DNA from: the human T2T-CHM13v2.0 reference genome, Homo sapiens
Direction: 5' to 3' (one strand)
Assembly: GCF_009914755.1 (NCBI RefSeq)
Contig: NC_060929.1
DNA: 64,000 nucleotides
Part shown: positions 41,401 through 59,029 of the stretch, in pieces
Layout of the letters: every line of letters begins with the position of its first letter
How positions within the stretch are numbered: position 1 is the first letter of the stretch
The notes under the pieces: model-generated
Told to the model about the DNA's origin: nothing
The model's input: the letters and a program-made list of their open reading frames with translations, nothing else
Databases searched by the model: none
Made by a program: the position numbers and the translations under genes

Positions 41401-44400
41401 TGAGGCTGTGGTTAAGGAAATATTCAGTCCAAACAGGAGCCATGTGGTGATGACAGATCCACAGTTGAGAAAGGGCACTAGGATGTGGCACTGGGGCCAG
41501 GCTGGTGTGGACAGTGGCACGGATTACAGCAGCTGCATTTTCCAACTGACAAAGCGTGTCTAGGAGGAAAATTGGAGAACACAAAAGGGCACATGCGGGC
41601 GGCCCAGAGGGGTCCAGGTGTAGGCCTGCCCAGCCTTGGTGGGGGTGGGAGGGGGCATTGGCTACCTCCAGAGTGGGTTCTACTGCTGGGGTTGGCTGTG
41701 GCTGAGTTCTTCCATCAGATGCATGCCTTCCCTGTGAGTGAGGCCACAAGCAACTCCTCAGGCCCTGAGCCTGACATTCACAGGACTGCCACAAGTTAGC
41801 ACCTGAATTTAAATCAGGCCAAATTAGTGCTATTTCTACAGGTGTCTGTGCTGCTTCTTTTTTCTCTCCCTCTGCCTGAAGGAGGAGAGGGAGAAAGCAG
41901 GCAGCCAAGGAGCACAGCCAGCCGTATCAGGACCGGAGTGGTGGCTGTCAGCCCCTGCGGCTCCCCCAGCGGATGGCAGCTGTCAGTCTGAATCACAGAA
42001 CCCCTGGGGAAGATACAGGGTCTTCACTGCTTTCAGGAAGCCATTTCTGGGCAGAGACTCCGATTTGCAAGGCAAAGGCACAGACACTGTACCTCTCTGC
42101 AAGGTGGCTATTTTTCCAAAGGAAGGGTAGATGGAAAGAAGGACGGCAAAGCTGGAAGAGGGTGAATTAGGAAGGGAGAGGAGGAGATGCAAGCTATAAC
42201 CAGGGGGAATGCTCACCTGGGGCTGCTGGCTGCTGCCCTTCAAGGATGGCCTGTCTGCCAGACCATCCCTCAGGGTGGGGCTTCCAGTCTGAGACTCCTT
42301 GGAGAAGAAGCATGATCCTGAGGTCACTGTGTGCTCATGCCCTCCCCCTTGTCACAAGAATGAATCATAGCCAGCCTTTGCTGGGACTGTGCCTAACCCA
42401 AGCTGGAGCTGTGGTGGGGAGCATGTGTCTGCTAGCAAGTCCTCACCCCACGGTGCCCAGGAGACTACTCAACTTGCCTTCTCTCTTAGCTAAGCTGAAC
42501 AAAGGCAGTGGGGAAAGGAGAGACCAATGCCAAGATAGGAGCAGGGTTGCATTGTCTCTCTGTTCAGACTCCTTCTATGTGTCAGCCCAGTGCTCCATGC
42601 TGGGGATTAACCAGGGATTGAGGCAGAGATGGAGCTGCCCTCATGGAGCTCCCCACAAGGATGAGAGTGAGGAGAGGGAGACTAGCAGAAAAGGGGAGGT
42701 GTCCTCAGAACAACTGCAGGGGAGGCAGGAGAGAGCTGGGCTTGCATAGGAAATCATATGTCCCTGACAGCAAAAAAGGACTAAGCAACACTCAAGGATG
42801 GTGGGTTAAAGGGTAGTGCATCTGTTTTCTTGAAGAGGAAAGAAGCTAATACCTGCTGGGTACCAGCTCTGGCAAATATTAATTATTTTTCTAATTAACC
42901 CTTATCCATCTAGTAACTCTGAGCAGGGAGGTTGATCACATAGTTCTGGATTTCTCTGCCTTGCCCATTTTTTTTTTTCTTTAACAATCAGCAGCTCTTG
43001 GAGAAGGTTTGCAGGTAAGGAATAGTCAATGGCAAGACATATGAAGACTTCTCTTCCATCCAGGAAGCCCTCTCTGATGATCCCATCTGCTCCTGTGTCC
43101 TCCTCCCTAAGCTCTCTCTACTTTCCTTCCTTCTTGTTGTACAATATAAAACTATCAACCTGTTTGTTTATCTGCCCTGCAAACAGGAAGCTGAGGGCAG
43201 GGATGGCATGTCCAGCACTGAACACAGGGCTCAGAATTTGTGTCATGGAATAAATGAGTAAATCAATGAATGAATGAGTGATTGCCATTCTCTCAGACCC
43301 TCACAAGCATGCCGACTAATTTCCAGTTCAAAGAGCCCAGGCACTGAGGCAGTCATTTTACAGGACGGTAAGGCCGGAATGTGATGGGAGGGAGGCCCCT
43401 CCACCTCTGAGGCTTTTCCTGCTCCAGGCAGTTCCTGCTGCCCTGAGCACTGCCCCCAGGCTAAGCCCTTGGGAACCTGCTTCATAAACACTTACTTAGC
43501 AAGACATTTAAAGTGCTATTGATTTCTCTCCTCAGAAGGAAAGGTGAGACAGTGATAGACACGGTGAGCAGTTAGCAACAATGAGTCCCATTCACCCCCC
43601 AACCAGAAGTCATTTCCCTCTCAGATTACCAGCCCGGCAGCCCTGGGAGAGAGAGAGAGTGGCTGCACGCTAATGTAGGCAGTGCTAGAACCAGCAGGTG
43701 CTCTCGCTCCGATAGTGGCAATTAGAGCTTAAGCTCCTTTTTCTATGAGACAATGAAAAATAAAGCTAATTTCAGATGGCATATTCTGTATACCTGAATC
43801 CAAGGCACCCTTCTCCCCTACTTAGGAAGAAAGACAGGAGCCCATGCCTCCCCAAGAACCAGAAGGAGATGCCTCTGATCCAAGTCATGGTATCGTCAAC
43901 AATATTTTCAAGCACTTACTAGATGCTAGACAGAGATCTTACTAGACGGGAATAGGTACTGGGAAATGGAGGCACATAACAATGTAGCCCTCATCCCCTG
44001 TGCCTAGCCTATGATGGACAGAACACATGTGTACCACACATACTAGATAGATGGATTAAGTGCTGCCCTGCAATTCTAGCTCCATGAGAGCAAACCTTCC
44101 TCTGTAGTCCACCTTGTTAGGCTCCCAAATTTCCAGAACACTTGTCTCATAGCAGGTGCTCAACAAACACTGTTTGAATTCATTTTGTATTTTGTTAAGG
44201 TAACAGCAGCTGCTATAATAAATGCCTAACATCTAAGTGGTTTAGGATAAGAAAGTGTATAATCACCACTGTCCTCTCCAACTAAGATCAGGGAGGAGCA
44301 AGATCAGCATACATATACTCCCTTAGCCTCACTTGCAGATTTCTCTGGGGTGAGCTGTATTCCTTGAACTCATGGGAGTCGCTAACCTAAAAAAAAGTTT

Positions 44401-45947
44401 CCTGATACATAAATACGCGTTGGGAATAACAGACCTAGAAATGAAGTTTCAGAAACTCCAGTTGCTTACCCCTGATGTTTGAGGCTGTGGCACAGCTGAG
44501 CAGGGAGAGGTGACCCAGGGGTGCTGGTCTCATTCACGTGGGTGGAATGCAGCCAGTAGCTGCATTTACATACTTTAATGATCACATAAATGGGAGTTGG
44601 TGGCAGAGGCCATATCAGATTTGTCATAGAATAGAAAAATCCCTTTGGGAAACTAGGTATTAGGGAACAACAACAGACCTTTCTACCTAACTGCAAGAGG
44701 GGTTGAGATGTATGCCCTTGCCTGAGGGTGGAGCTGTCTCTCCCGTAAGTCTGTTGTGGGGGAACATGAAGCAAAAGCCTCATGGATTGAAGAAAGAAAT
44801 GCCACTGAATGATTCCTCTCCTCTGCTGACATAGAGGGCAAGACAGTTTAAGAAGCTATGTAGATCCATGCTTTTGTCACCAAAGTCTGAGACTCATGAA
44901 AGACCTTACTGGATGTCAAATTACTCTGTCTTAGGGGAAACCAGACCTCTGAGCACTCCCTCTACCCCTTCACCCCAGTGAAGCTTCCCTGCATACAGGA
45001 TGCTGGTATCTGGCAGGTAAGGAGCAGGTACCTGACAATGCCCAGAACCAGGCCTGGGAAGGGATGAAGATCCCAGTAGACATCTTCTGCCCCTTTCCTC
45101 TTCCTCCTGTAGAAATATTTTAAGTGCCAAGGTTTCAACTGACTGAGTGGTTTGAAAGTGAAGAAGAGAGGTATGGAATGGAGGGATTTAAGAGAGAAAA
45201 GGAAGAAGGCAGGGAAGGGCAAAGGGAATAACTACTTAATGCCAGAACAACAACAAAAAATTGGTGAGGAGCTTTGCAGTGGCTTTAATTTACTTTCCTG
45301 TCCTCTCTGGCTCTCATTACTTTTTATAGAAATATATTTTTTGTGTCACAGATTGACAATGACATGAGCCAAGGAAAGAACTTATGGGTCAGGGCTGTTT
45401 GAAATCAGATGGATGCCATTACTTGGTTTTCTAAGCAATTAATAATCACAAATTGCATTGCTTATTTTTATATTTATTAATGAAATTTAATAAATTTATC
45501 AAGTTTCACCCCTAGAAGGTATAAGCTCTATGAGAGCAGAAACTGCGTATGCATGTCTGTATTCATCAGTATGTCCTACTATATGTCCGGCATATAGTAG
45601 GAAACAAAAACGGTTCTCTGACTTTTATTTAATGCAGAGAGCTGATGACAGAGGGTGGAAAGAATGTTGTTACACAGACCTTCCTATTGCTAATAACAGT
45701 GTAGATGATGATGATCGTGGTGGTGGTAATAATGTCACTTATTATAAGCTGGATCCCATTCCAAGTGCTTTATTTTGATCATTTCATTAAAACCTCAAAA
45801 CAACTCCACGAGGAGGTATTGTTATTCTTATTTCCATTCTTCCAATGAAGGCATGAATTCAACAGGTAAAGGATTTGTTAAAAGTGATTTAACTAGTAGA
45901 TGCTGAATCTAGAAAGACTTTATCACTCTGCCTTTCTGCCTGCCACA

Positions 45948-45974
45948 CTTTTTTTTTTTTTTTTTTTTTTTTTT
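45948..45974. repeat. poly(T) tract
   Basis: About 27 consecutive T. Confidence 0.9.
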
Positions 45975-46799
45975 GTTGTTGCAACGGGGACATTCTGCCT
46001 ATACCCGGAGCCCTAGGAGAACAGAGGTGAACTTGAGACGTGTAGACAAAATAAATTATGGATCTTGATCCTTGAGGACCTCAATGCCCATGTTCATGCT
46101 AATGATCCATTGAGTACTTGAATTTCAGTTACTACTTTTCCTCAGTATTATTCCACCCTGTATGCTGACCTTTGCAGAAGACTCAAGTTGGAAGATGCAA
46201 ATTCAGATTACAAGCTACCTCACCTGCTACCTGCCACCTCTCTGGCTCTCCTACAAACCAGATCATCCATGCAACAGGTCCCACGCCCCCATGGGCAGGG
46301 CCCACACCATCAGTAGGAAAGGCTTTGCTAATGATGGCCTAGAGGGAGGAGTAGCCCTGGCATCAGAGCCCTGTGTATGATTTAGCCTATAAACCCAAAG
46401 CTGTTATTAGCTTCTACTAAGCCACCACATTGGGCAGGTCCTGAAAGAGAAGAACAGAGCAGCCCCATCAAAGGGAACCTTCTATGCACCCAGAGCAATG
46501 CTGGGTATTCACAGGTATACAGGTGCCTGGCTCTTCACCTGAACAACAGCTTCCCTCCATGGTAGCTTTCCTAAGGTTAGGTTATGACCAAATATCCCTG
46601 CAGGCAACCCATTCATTGCTCCTATACTTTGAATAATAACAGAACCGGCTGCTGGCTGGAGTCTGCCAAGGTTACCTCCCAGGAGAGCTTCTCTGAAGGT
46701 TAATGCGGAGCTGTCATGCACAGCCAGATTTTCACTTAGGCCTTTGTTGTTCCTCCTGCACTTGCTTCCCTGCTCTGGCTGTGTCCAGCAGCTTCCCAG

Positions 46800-46818
46800 T
46801 GCCCACTAGGTGGTGATG
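46800..46818 (+). promoter_or_regulatory. Candidate CTCF motif
   Basis: tgcccactaggtggtgatg resembles CCACYAGRKGGCR; motif match only. Confidence 0.3.
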
Positions 46819-47724
46819 CCCGCAGAGACTGGGCTCTGAGCCTGGAGCAAAAGGACCATCAGTATGAATTAGTTTCCAGCTGAAGTGGGCCCACCCAGCA
46901 ATCCGAAGAGGTGGGAAGGATGGTGTTAACAGCAAGCTAGCACTTCATGAGGGCTTGGATTACTGTTCAATGCATTCTGATGAGCACCATCTGCTGCCAA
47001 TCCACACTGGGCATATGTCTTTTCGCCCAAGCACTGCACTGTGGCTACAAATTCATCACAAAGCATGCATAGGCCTTGCAGAGAAGAGATAAGTGCTGGA
47101 GACAATCTCCAAACATATCTGGGAGCAAGGGAAGACAGGTGGAAAAACACTGTAAATACAGGCCCACAAAATACATAAGGGACAAATACTGCCTGAGACG
47201 TTTAGCAATACCCAATTTGCCATATGACAGACCATAGAAGTGACCAGAGAAGTTTCTGCACCAGCTGAAGCCTTAGCTAAATCTGTTGCTTAAACTGCTT
47301 CTTTTGTTTCTGTATGGTATGTTTGATGTTCTAATTCCCATTCAACTATGAGATCCAGTTCATCCTAAAACTTTTTTGTTGTTGTTGTTAAAAACAATCA
47401 ATTTCACATCTCTCTGTATTAATCATCAGCACTAGGAATCAGTTTTCTTTTGGGAACCATAAGTGTCTGTCACCCCATGAGAGATGATGAGGCATAATGG
47501 CTCATCAAGATGGTCATGCCCAACCATCTGCTGAACTCACTGGCCAAGGAAATTGTTCCTACTGTCCTTCTAAGCAGTCAGCAAGTGATAAAGGAGGGCC
47601 TACTGTGTACTTGGCCAGCACTAGATTGCCCAGACAATGTACATGTATCAGGCAAAAAGGCTAGGAACCATACATATTTCTTTAAGAAAATTTTTAATTA
47701 CATTTTTTTAAAAAGAGCATTGTA

Positions 47725-50700
47725 ATACTGAAGAAGAGAAACAAAGTATGAAGTCTCATATTACTAGATTTCACGACTTACTATAAGGTTACAATAATAA
47801 AGGCAGCATGGTTGTGGTGGAAAAAAAATAAACAGATTAATGGAACAGAAGAGAGGAATGAGATATAGCCAACTGATTTTTTTTAAAGGCACAAAAGCAA
47901 GGAAAGGATAGTCATTTCAATAAACTGTGCTGGAATAATTAGATATTCAAATGCAAAAGAATGAACCTAGTCAGAGACCTTCTACCTTACAGAAAAATTA
48001 ACTCAAAATGGATGATAGGTCTAACTGTAAATTACTAAACTATAAAACATCTAGAAGAAAACATGGGGAAAAAAATCTATGTGATCTTGAGTTTGGTGCT
48101 GAACCAAAATCACAACCTATAAAAGAAAAAATAGATAAGTTGGACTTTATTAAAATTAAAAACTTATACTCTGTGAATGACACTGTTAAGAGAACCAAAA
48201 AGCAAGCCACAACCTCAATAAAAATATTTGCAAAACACATAGCTGATAAAAGACTTGTATCCAAAATACAAACGCTCTTAAAATTCAACAAGAACATAAA
48301 CAACCCAACTTTAAAAGTGTACAAAACATGGGAACAAACACTTTGCCATATGTGATAGAAAATAACCATATGAAAAGCTTATGAACATCATTTTTCATAG
48401 GGAAATACAAATTCAAACAATAATACCATATCACCATGTACCTATTATAGTGTCTAAAATCCAAAACAACTCACAATACCAATTGCTGGCAATCATGCAA
48501 AGCAACAGAAACTTTCATTTATTGCTGCTGGAAATGCAAAATGCTGCAGTCACTTTGCAAGACAGTTTTTCCATTTCTTATAAAACTAAATATCTTATAA
48601 ACAAGTTAGTAACAGCACTCCTAAGTATTTACCCAACTGATTTGAAAAATTATGGTAACACAAAAAGTTGAACTCAAATGTTTATATCACCTTTATTCAT
48701 AAACACCAAAACTGGAAGCAACCAAGATGCCCTTCAATATGTGAATGGATAAACAAACTATGAAACATCCATACAATGGACTACTATTCAGTGATAAAAA
48801 AATAAATGAGCTATCAAACTACAAAAAGACCTAGATGAATCTTAAATGAATATTGTCAAGTGAAAGAAGCCAGCATAAAAAGGCTATGTAATGCACAGTT
48901 CCATTTATATGACATTCTGGAAAAGGCAAAACTGTAGAGCAGGTAAACAGATCAGTGGTTCCCAGGGTTTTGAGGTAGGGAAAAAGGAGTAGTTGAAAAG
49001 ATGAAGCACAGAGAATATTTTTAGAGTAATAAAACTATTTGTTATGATACAATAAGGGCAGATACATGACATTAGGAATTAGTGAGAACCTACAGAACTT
49101 TACAGCGTAGAGTGAACCTTAATGTATGCAAATTTTTAAAAAATCATTTAGGAGGCCAGGGGATCCTAGGATGTAATGCAGAATGTGACACAGTAATCTG
49201 AATGTATTATAAAGGTGCTGACCTGTGTAGCTTTGGAAATGAGTGGAGATTATAAGCAAACAGCCTATACATAAGCACTGTACTCTAGTTGATAAAGTTG
49301 TTTCCCATGGAAATAGAGGCTAATAATTTTGATACTGGGATTAAAGAATTAAGTAAATGGATGGTGGATGGTGGGAGCCAAGTTTCCTACTGTTGGAGTG
49401 GAGAATTACAGATAAGCAAGGGGAGGAAGCTATAACGACATGGTAATGAGTTGGATACATTAGCATAAACTTGTATTTAGCTTAATATAGATACATATAG
49501 AATAATTTATAAATGTATGTACATACATTTATATACACACACATGCACACACACATATGGATTAGTATACACATATATATTCCCTTGCTGTCAAATGAGA
49601 GTGCAGAACAACAACATTCCCGAAGTAGTGAGCACAATGAGTGCTAGGATCTTGGTTTCTAATTCCATTCTACAATAAAAAGAACCAGGTCTGTTTGTGG
49701 AAGTTGCTGATTCTATGGCTGGGATACTAAATACACAAGATGAGCCTGGATATTTTATTTCTGCCAGAAATTACAGAAGTGTTCAAGAGTAGGTAAATAA
49801 AATACACCACAGTGGGGGTATGTCAAAGGGACACAAGACCAACAGAAGGAGTGCCAAATGACCAAAGCTGGAACAATTTGAAATGTAAAATCTTAGTATC
49901 GGATTAATAGTTAGTATTGGATTATAACCTCAAGCACAAAATATATATCCATGAGTCCACATTATATAAATATTAATACATGCTTTAAGAAACAAATAAA
50001 TGGGGTAAAAGAGATAAATCTCTCATGTAAAATATTTCAAATAATTTATGTAGACACTCTACCCTGAAGCATCTACATAAGGAGATGGAACATTAAATAC
50101 CTACTCTTTAAGTGTAGGCTATGCGTAGTAACTTCTTCCAAAGAGTATGGTGTAGAAATGGGGTAAAATGAGTACCTTTGCAGTAGAGAAGCCTGACAAA
50201 CACTACCTCAGCCAGGTGATCAAGGTTTGCATCAATGGTGATAAGTCATATAGATAAGCATGTAATTATGACTTCATAGGATGACAATGACACTTGTGCT
50301 GATTCCTCTGTGGATCTTGGGGGTTCTTCCCCAAAACTCATAACCCTACTCTAATCATTAGACCAACATGGAACAAATCCTAATTGAGGGACATTTTAGA
50401 AAATACCTGACCAGTACTCAGAACTTTCAAGGTCATCCAAAATGAGGAAAATGTTAGCAAAGCCTAAGAAGACCTGATGACTAAATGCAATGTGGTATCC
50501 TGGATGAGATCCTGGAACAGAAAAACGAAATTAGGTAAAAGCTAAGGAAATATGAATTAAAACATGGACTTTAGCTGATTATAATGTATTGATATTTGTT
50601 AATTGTGACAAATGTACCATGCCAATGTAAGACAATAATAGAGAAACATGGGTGCAGGGTATCTGGGAACTCTCTACTATCTTTGCAATATTTCTATAAA

Positions 50701-50740
50701 TCTAAAAATTTTCTAAAATAAAGAGTTTATGTGAAAAAAT
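47725..50740 (+). mobile_element. L1MC3-like element (ORF2 C-terminus and long 3'UTR)
   Basis: ORF 48008-48355 is ORF2-like (KIDKLDFIKIKN, IFAKHIADKRLVSKI); 3'UTR ggatggtgggagccaagtttc...gaactctctactatctttgcaa...ctaaaataaa. Confidence 0.85.
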
Positions 50741-51124
50741 TAACATTAAATTAATGACTTTGGGATATAGTAGAGCTTTATTGGACACCAGTTGCTGAAC
50801 AGAAGGGGAACACAGCGTTCTAAGCATAAAGAATGACCAAGAATTGATCAAGCCAAGAAAGTGAGGAGAGTTGTCTCTAAGTGACGCATCAGGAGTTCAC
50901 CAGACCAATCTTAGAAGGATGGTGTGTGCAAAGGCCTTCACAGCCTTGATTCCCATTTATGCCCCAGCAACATCGGAAATTACCATAGCAGGGACTTCTT
51001 AGCAAAGTATTATTCACTTTATCGTGAAAGTTTTAACCAAAGCATTAAGACACACACACAAAAGAAATGTAACATACATATAGAAAATAGAATGAAGTAC
51101 TTAAACGCCCAGGTGGAAGAGTAA

Positions 51125-51303
51125 GAATAATCTGAGTTCAAATCTTGGCTCTGCCATTTGCCAGATGGAAGAATTTGAATTTTAAAAGGCGTATTTTTTT
51201 GTATTTAAGATGGAGATCATAGTCCCTCCCAACACTGGGCTTTCAGGACTATTACATGGAAACATACATAAGGTACAGAGTGTTTAGCAACAGTGAGACA
51301 TAA
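51125..51303 (+). mobile_element. MIR next to the L1 insertion site
   Basis: gagttcaaatcttggctctgccatt. Confidence 0.65.
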
Positions 51304-51536
51304 ATAAATGACTATTTCTTTTTTTTTTATTATTATACTTTAAGTTTTAGGGTACATGTGCACATTGTGCAGGTTAGTTACATATGTATACATGTGCCAT
51401 GCTGGTGCGCTGCGCCCACTAACTCGTCATCTAGCATTAGGTATATCTCCCAATGCTATCCCTCCCCCCTCCCCCGACCCCACCACAGTCCCCAGAGTGT
51501 GATATTCCCCTTCCTGTGTCCATGTGATCTCATTGT

Positions 51537-55384
<3,848 letters not shown>

Positions 55385-55420
55385 TTAGTTGATGCAGTTT
55401 CTTCCTAGTCTTGATGGTCT

Positions 55421-56433
55421 TTACATTTTGGCATGATTTTGCAGCGGCTGGTATCGGTTGTTCCTTTCCATGTTTAGCGCTTCCTTCAGGAGCTCTTTTA
55501 GGGCAGGCCTGGTGGTGACAAAATCTCTCAGCATTTGCTTGTCTATAAAGTATTTTATTTCTCCTTCACTTATGAAGCTTAGTTTGGCTGTATATGAAAT
55601 TCTGGGTTGAAAATTCTTTTCTTTAAGAATGTTGAATATTGGCCCCCATTCTCTTCTGGCTTGTAGGGTTTCTGCGGAGAGATCAGCTGTTAGTCTGATG
55701 GGCTTTCCTTTGAGGGTAACCCGACCTTTCTCTCTGGCTGCCCTTAACATTTTTTCCTTCGTTTCAACTTTGGTGAATCTGACAATTATGTGTCTTGGAG
55801 TTGCTCTTCTCGAGGAGTATCTTTGTGGCGTTCTCTGTATTTCCTGAATCTGAACGTTGGCCTGCCTTGCTAGATTGGGGAAGTTCTCCTGGATAATATC
55901 CTGCAGAGTGTTTTCCAACTTGGTTCCATTCTCCACATCACTTTCAGGTACACCAGTCAGACGTAGATTTGGTCTTTTCACATAGTCCCATATTTCTTGG
56001 AGGCTTTGCTCATTTCTTTTTATTCTGTTTTCTCTATCCCTTCTCGCTTCATTTCATTCATTTCATCTTCCATTGCTGATACCCTTTCTTCCAGTTGATC
56101 GCATCGGCTCCTGAGGCTTCTGCATTCTTCACGTAGTTCTCAAGCCTTGGTTTTCAGCTCCATCAGCTCCTTTAAGCACTTCTCTGTATTGGTTATTCTA
56201 GTTATACATTCTTCTAAATTTTTTTCAAAGTTTTCAACTTCTTTGCCTTTGGTTTGAATGTCCTCCCGTAGCTCAGAGTAATTTGATCGTCTGAAGCCTT
56301 CTTCTCTCAGCTCGTCAAAATCATTCTCTATCCAGCTTTGTTCCGTTGCTGGTGAGGAACTGCGTTCCTTTGGAGGAGGAGAGGCGCTCTGCGTTTTAGA
56401 GTTTCCAGTTTTTCTGTTCTGTTTTTTCCCCAT
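55421..56433 (-). pseudogene. L1 ORF1p, disrupted
   Basis: MGKKQNRKTGNSK...; CGA>TGA stop at codon 98 (56140-56142); span 1013 nt versus 1017 canonical, from a 4-bp deletion near 56036. Confidence 0.96.
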
Positions 56434-57328
56434 CTTTGTGGTTTTATCTACTTTTGGTCTTTGATGATGGTGATGTACAGATGGGTTTTCGGTGTAGATG
56501 TCCTTTCTGGTTGTTAGTTTTCCTTCTAACAGACAGGACCCTCAGCTGCAGGTCTGTTGGAATACCCTGCCGTGTGAGGTGTCAGTGTGCCCCTGCTGGG
56601 GGGTGCCTCCCAGTTAGGCTGCTCGGGGGTCAGGGGTCAGGGACCCACTTGAGGAGGCAGTCTGCCCGTTCTCAGATCTCCAGCTGCGTGCTGGGAGAAC
56701 CACTGCTCTCTTCAAAGCTGTCAGACAGGGACACTTAAGTCTGCAGAGGTTACTGCTGTCTTTTTGTTTGTCTGTGCCCTGCCCCCAGAGGTGGAGCCTA
56801 CAGAGGCAGGCAGGCCTCCTTGAGCTGTGGTGGGCTCCACCCAGTTCGAGCTTCCCGGCTGCTTTGTTTACCTAAGCAAGCCTGGGCAATGGCGGGCGCC
56901 CCTCCCCCAGCCTCGTTGCCGCCTTGCAGTTTGATCTCAGACTGCTGTGCTAGCAATCAGCGAGATTCCGTGGGCGTAGGACCCTCTGAGCCAGGTGTGG
57001 GATATAGTCTCGTGGTGCGCCGTTTTTTAAGCCGGTCTGAAAAGCGCAATATTCGGGTGGGAGTGACCCGATTTTCCAGGTGCGTCCGTCACCCCTTTCT
57101 TTGACTCGGAAAGGGAACTCCCTGACCCCTTGGGCTTCCCAGGTGAGGCAATGCCTCGCCCTGCTTCGGCTCGCGCACGGTGCGCGCACCCACTGGCCTG
57201 CGCCCACTGTCTGGCACTCCCTAGTGAGATGAACCCGGTACCTCAGATGGAAATGCAGAAATCACCCGTCTTCTGCGTCGCTCACGCTGGGAGCTGTAGA
57301 CCGGAGCTGTTCCTATTCGGCCATCTTG
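56434..57328 (-). promoter_or_regulatory. L1 5'UTR, CpG-rich, with internal sense and antisense promoters
   Basis: ~895 nt; YY1 core AAGATGGCC at the extreme 5' end; many CpGs retained. Confidence 0.92.
56889..57104 (+). CDS. ORF0: LINE-1 ORF0 (71 aa), intact
   Basis: gcaATGg start; MAGAPPPASLPPCSLISDCCASNQRDSVGVGPSEPG...RCVRHPFL*; splice donors after nt 106 and 191 present. Confidence 0.88.
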   Translation: MAGAPPPASLPPCSLISDCCASNQRDSVGVGPSEPGVGYSLVVRRFLSRSEKRNIRVGVTRFSRCVRHPFL

Positions 57329-57359
57329 ATAAATGACTATTTCTTAAAATTTACTTTAG

Positions 57360-58505
57360 AGAGGAAGATAAAAATGCCCATTATCTGCAGATGATATCAT
57401 TTTCTAAAGAAAATCCAAAATGATAAACTAAAAACTGTCAGAATCAAGATTTCCTATTTGAAAGAAATAGTCATTTTAACAAAAATGGAAAACAGATTTC
57501 ATTCACAAAAAGCAATCTCAAACATTGACTCTCTAGTCATAAATGTAATGAGAAATACTCCCGTATTCTGAAAGAAAACTGCAGACGTTTTCCAAGGAGG
57601 CTTGGAGAGATGTGTGCCACATTTCCAGATGGAACAACAACTTAACTCTAAAGTTATCAATTCTTCTCCAATTACTTTGTAAATCCAATCTAAATATCAT
57701 TTCTTTAAAGTTTTCAAAATGATTTTGAATATCGTCGGAGAGAATAGATAAGAATACCCATGAAAAAATATGAAAAAGCGGATAACTTGTTAGGTGAAAA
57801 ATGAATTATTGAGTAAAAGTCATTTTTTGAACTGGCTATTTAAAACACACACACAAAATACAGTTTCAGTTTTCCTATTATACCCCAAAAAGTATGAGAC
57901 TGATTATTAGTAGTACTTTTCCAACTACGAGTTGCAATCTACGAATGGGTCCTCAAAAAATCTTTCTCAAACATGAGGTATGATAGCAGAGAAAAGAAAA
58001 CAGGGCATGTCTTACAGAGTAAGGGCGCTGCCTGGTGAAAGCTTTGGGTATTGGCTTACTGTAGAAATGATTTCTTCCTGTTTGAATGCCACTGGCCTTA
58101 TGCATCAAACATGAAAAATTCAAGCCATGACAGAACAAAATAGAAACATAGGTGAAATTTTATCTGGTCTCAGAGTAAGACAGAGATTTATAAACACATA
58201 TCAATGCCAGAAATTCTAAACAAAAAGAATGATGGACCTGAGTGGATAAAAACCTCAAAATCTTAGTTCATCAGAAACCACTGTTAAAAACAAATGACAT
58301 ATTGGGGGAAAAGTGAACTACATATGAAGAATTCATATCAAATTAAGGATATAAAAGAATAACCTGAGAAACTATTGAGAAAAAAAATCAGCATCCTAAA
58401 AGGGAAATCATAAAGGATATAGGGCATTTTAAAAATAATTACAAATAGCATACACGCACACATACACACCTTTAACCTCCAGTATGATCAAAGAAGTAAG
58501 AAATC
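57360..58505 (+). mobile_element. Old L1M ORF2 remnants
   Basis: attatctgcagatgatatcattt (FADD-like), ttcattcacaaaaagcaa, tcaattcttctccaa. Confidence 0.6.
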
Positions 58506-58510
58506 AAAAT

Positions 58511-58995
58511 GTGTAGGAGTCAGATAATTGTCTCCCAAGACCCATTCTTCTGCCTAGTAATGAGAACCTTGATTTTCTGCTGGCTTACTGCTTTTGACCT
58601 GAAAACTCTGTACTCCCCAGCATCTAGGTAGGACCATGCGTGACTGTACTCAGACTAAATTCAGACTGAGATGGCCATTGAGATGTAAGCAGAACTGTAT
58701 CCAAATTCACAGAGGTCTGCTCAAAAGAAAGGGGTGCCCTTCTTTGCTCTTCAATTTTTCCCACTGACTGGACTAAAGCTGGAATGGCTGGAGCTCTAGC
58801 AGACATCTTGGACCATGAGGCAGACTTGTTTGAGCAACAAGAGTGGAGCCTGGTTCCCTTATGATTGAGGTTGCCTCATACAAGCCCTGGACTTCCTACC
58901 ACTTGACTCATTTTATGTGAAAATGAAATACACCCTCTTTTGTTTAAACCACTGTTATTTAGGTTCAGGAGTGTCAGTCACCTACCGTTAAACTA
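58511..58995 (+). mobile_element. MLT1J-like MaLR LTR
   Basis: catcttggaccatgagg...gagcctggttccct...tgtttaaaccactgttattt. Confidence 0.7.
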
Positions 58996-59029
58996 AATCC
59001 CTGCTAAGAAAGCTACCTTTTTCTTAACC

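Noticed and set aside
41372-42749. Cluster of long ORFs (178, 114 and 167 aa)
   Set aside because: Overlapping ORFs on both strands in GC-richer DNA with no recognisable domain or exon structure; expected by chance
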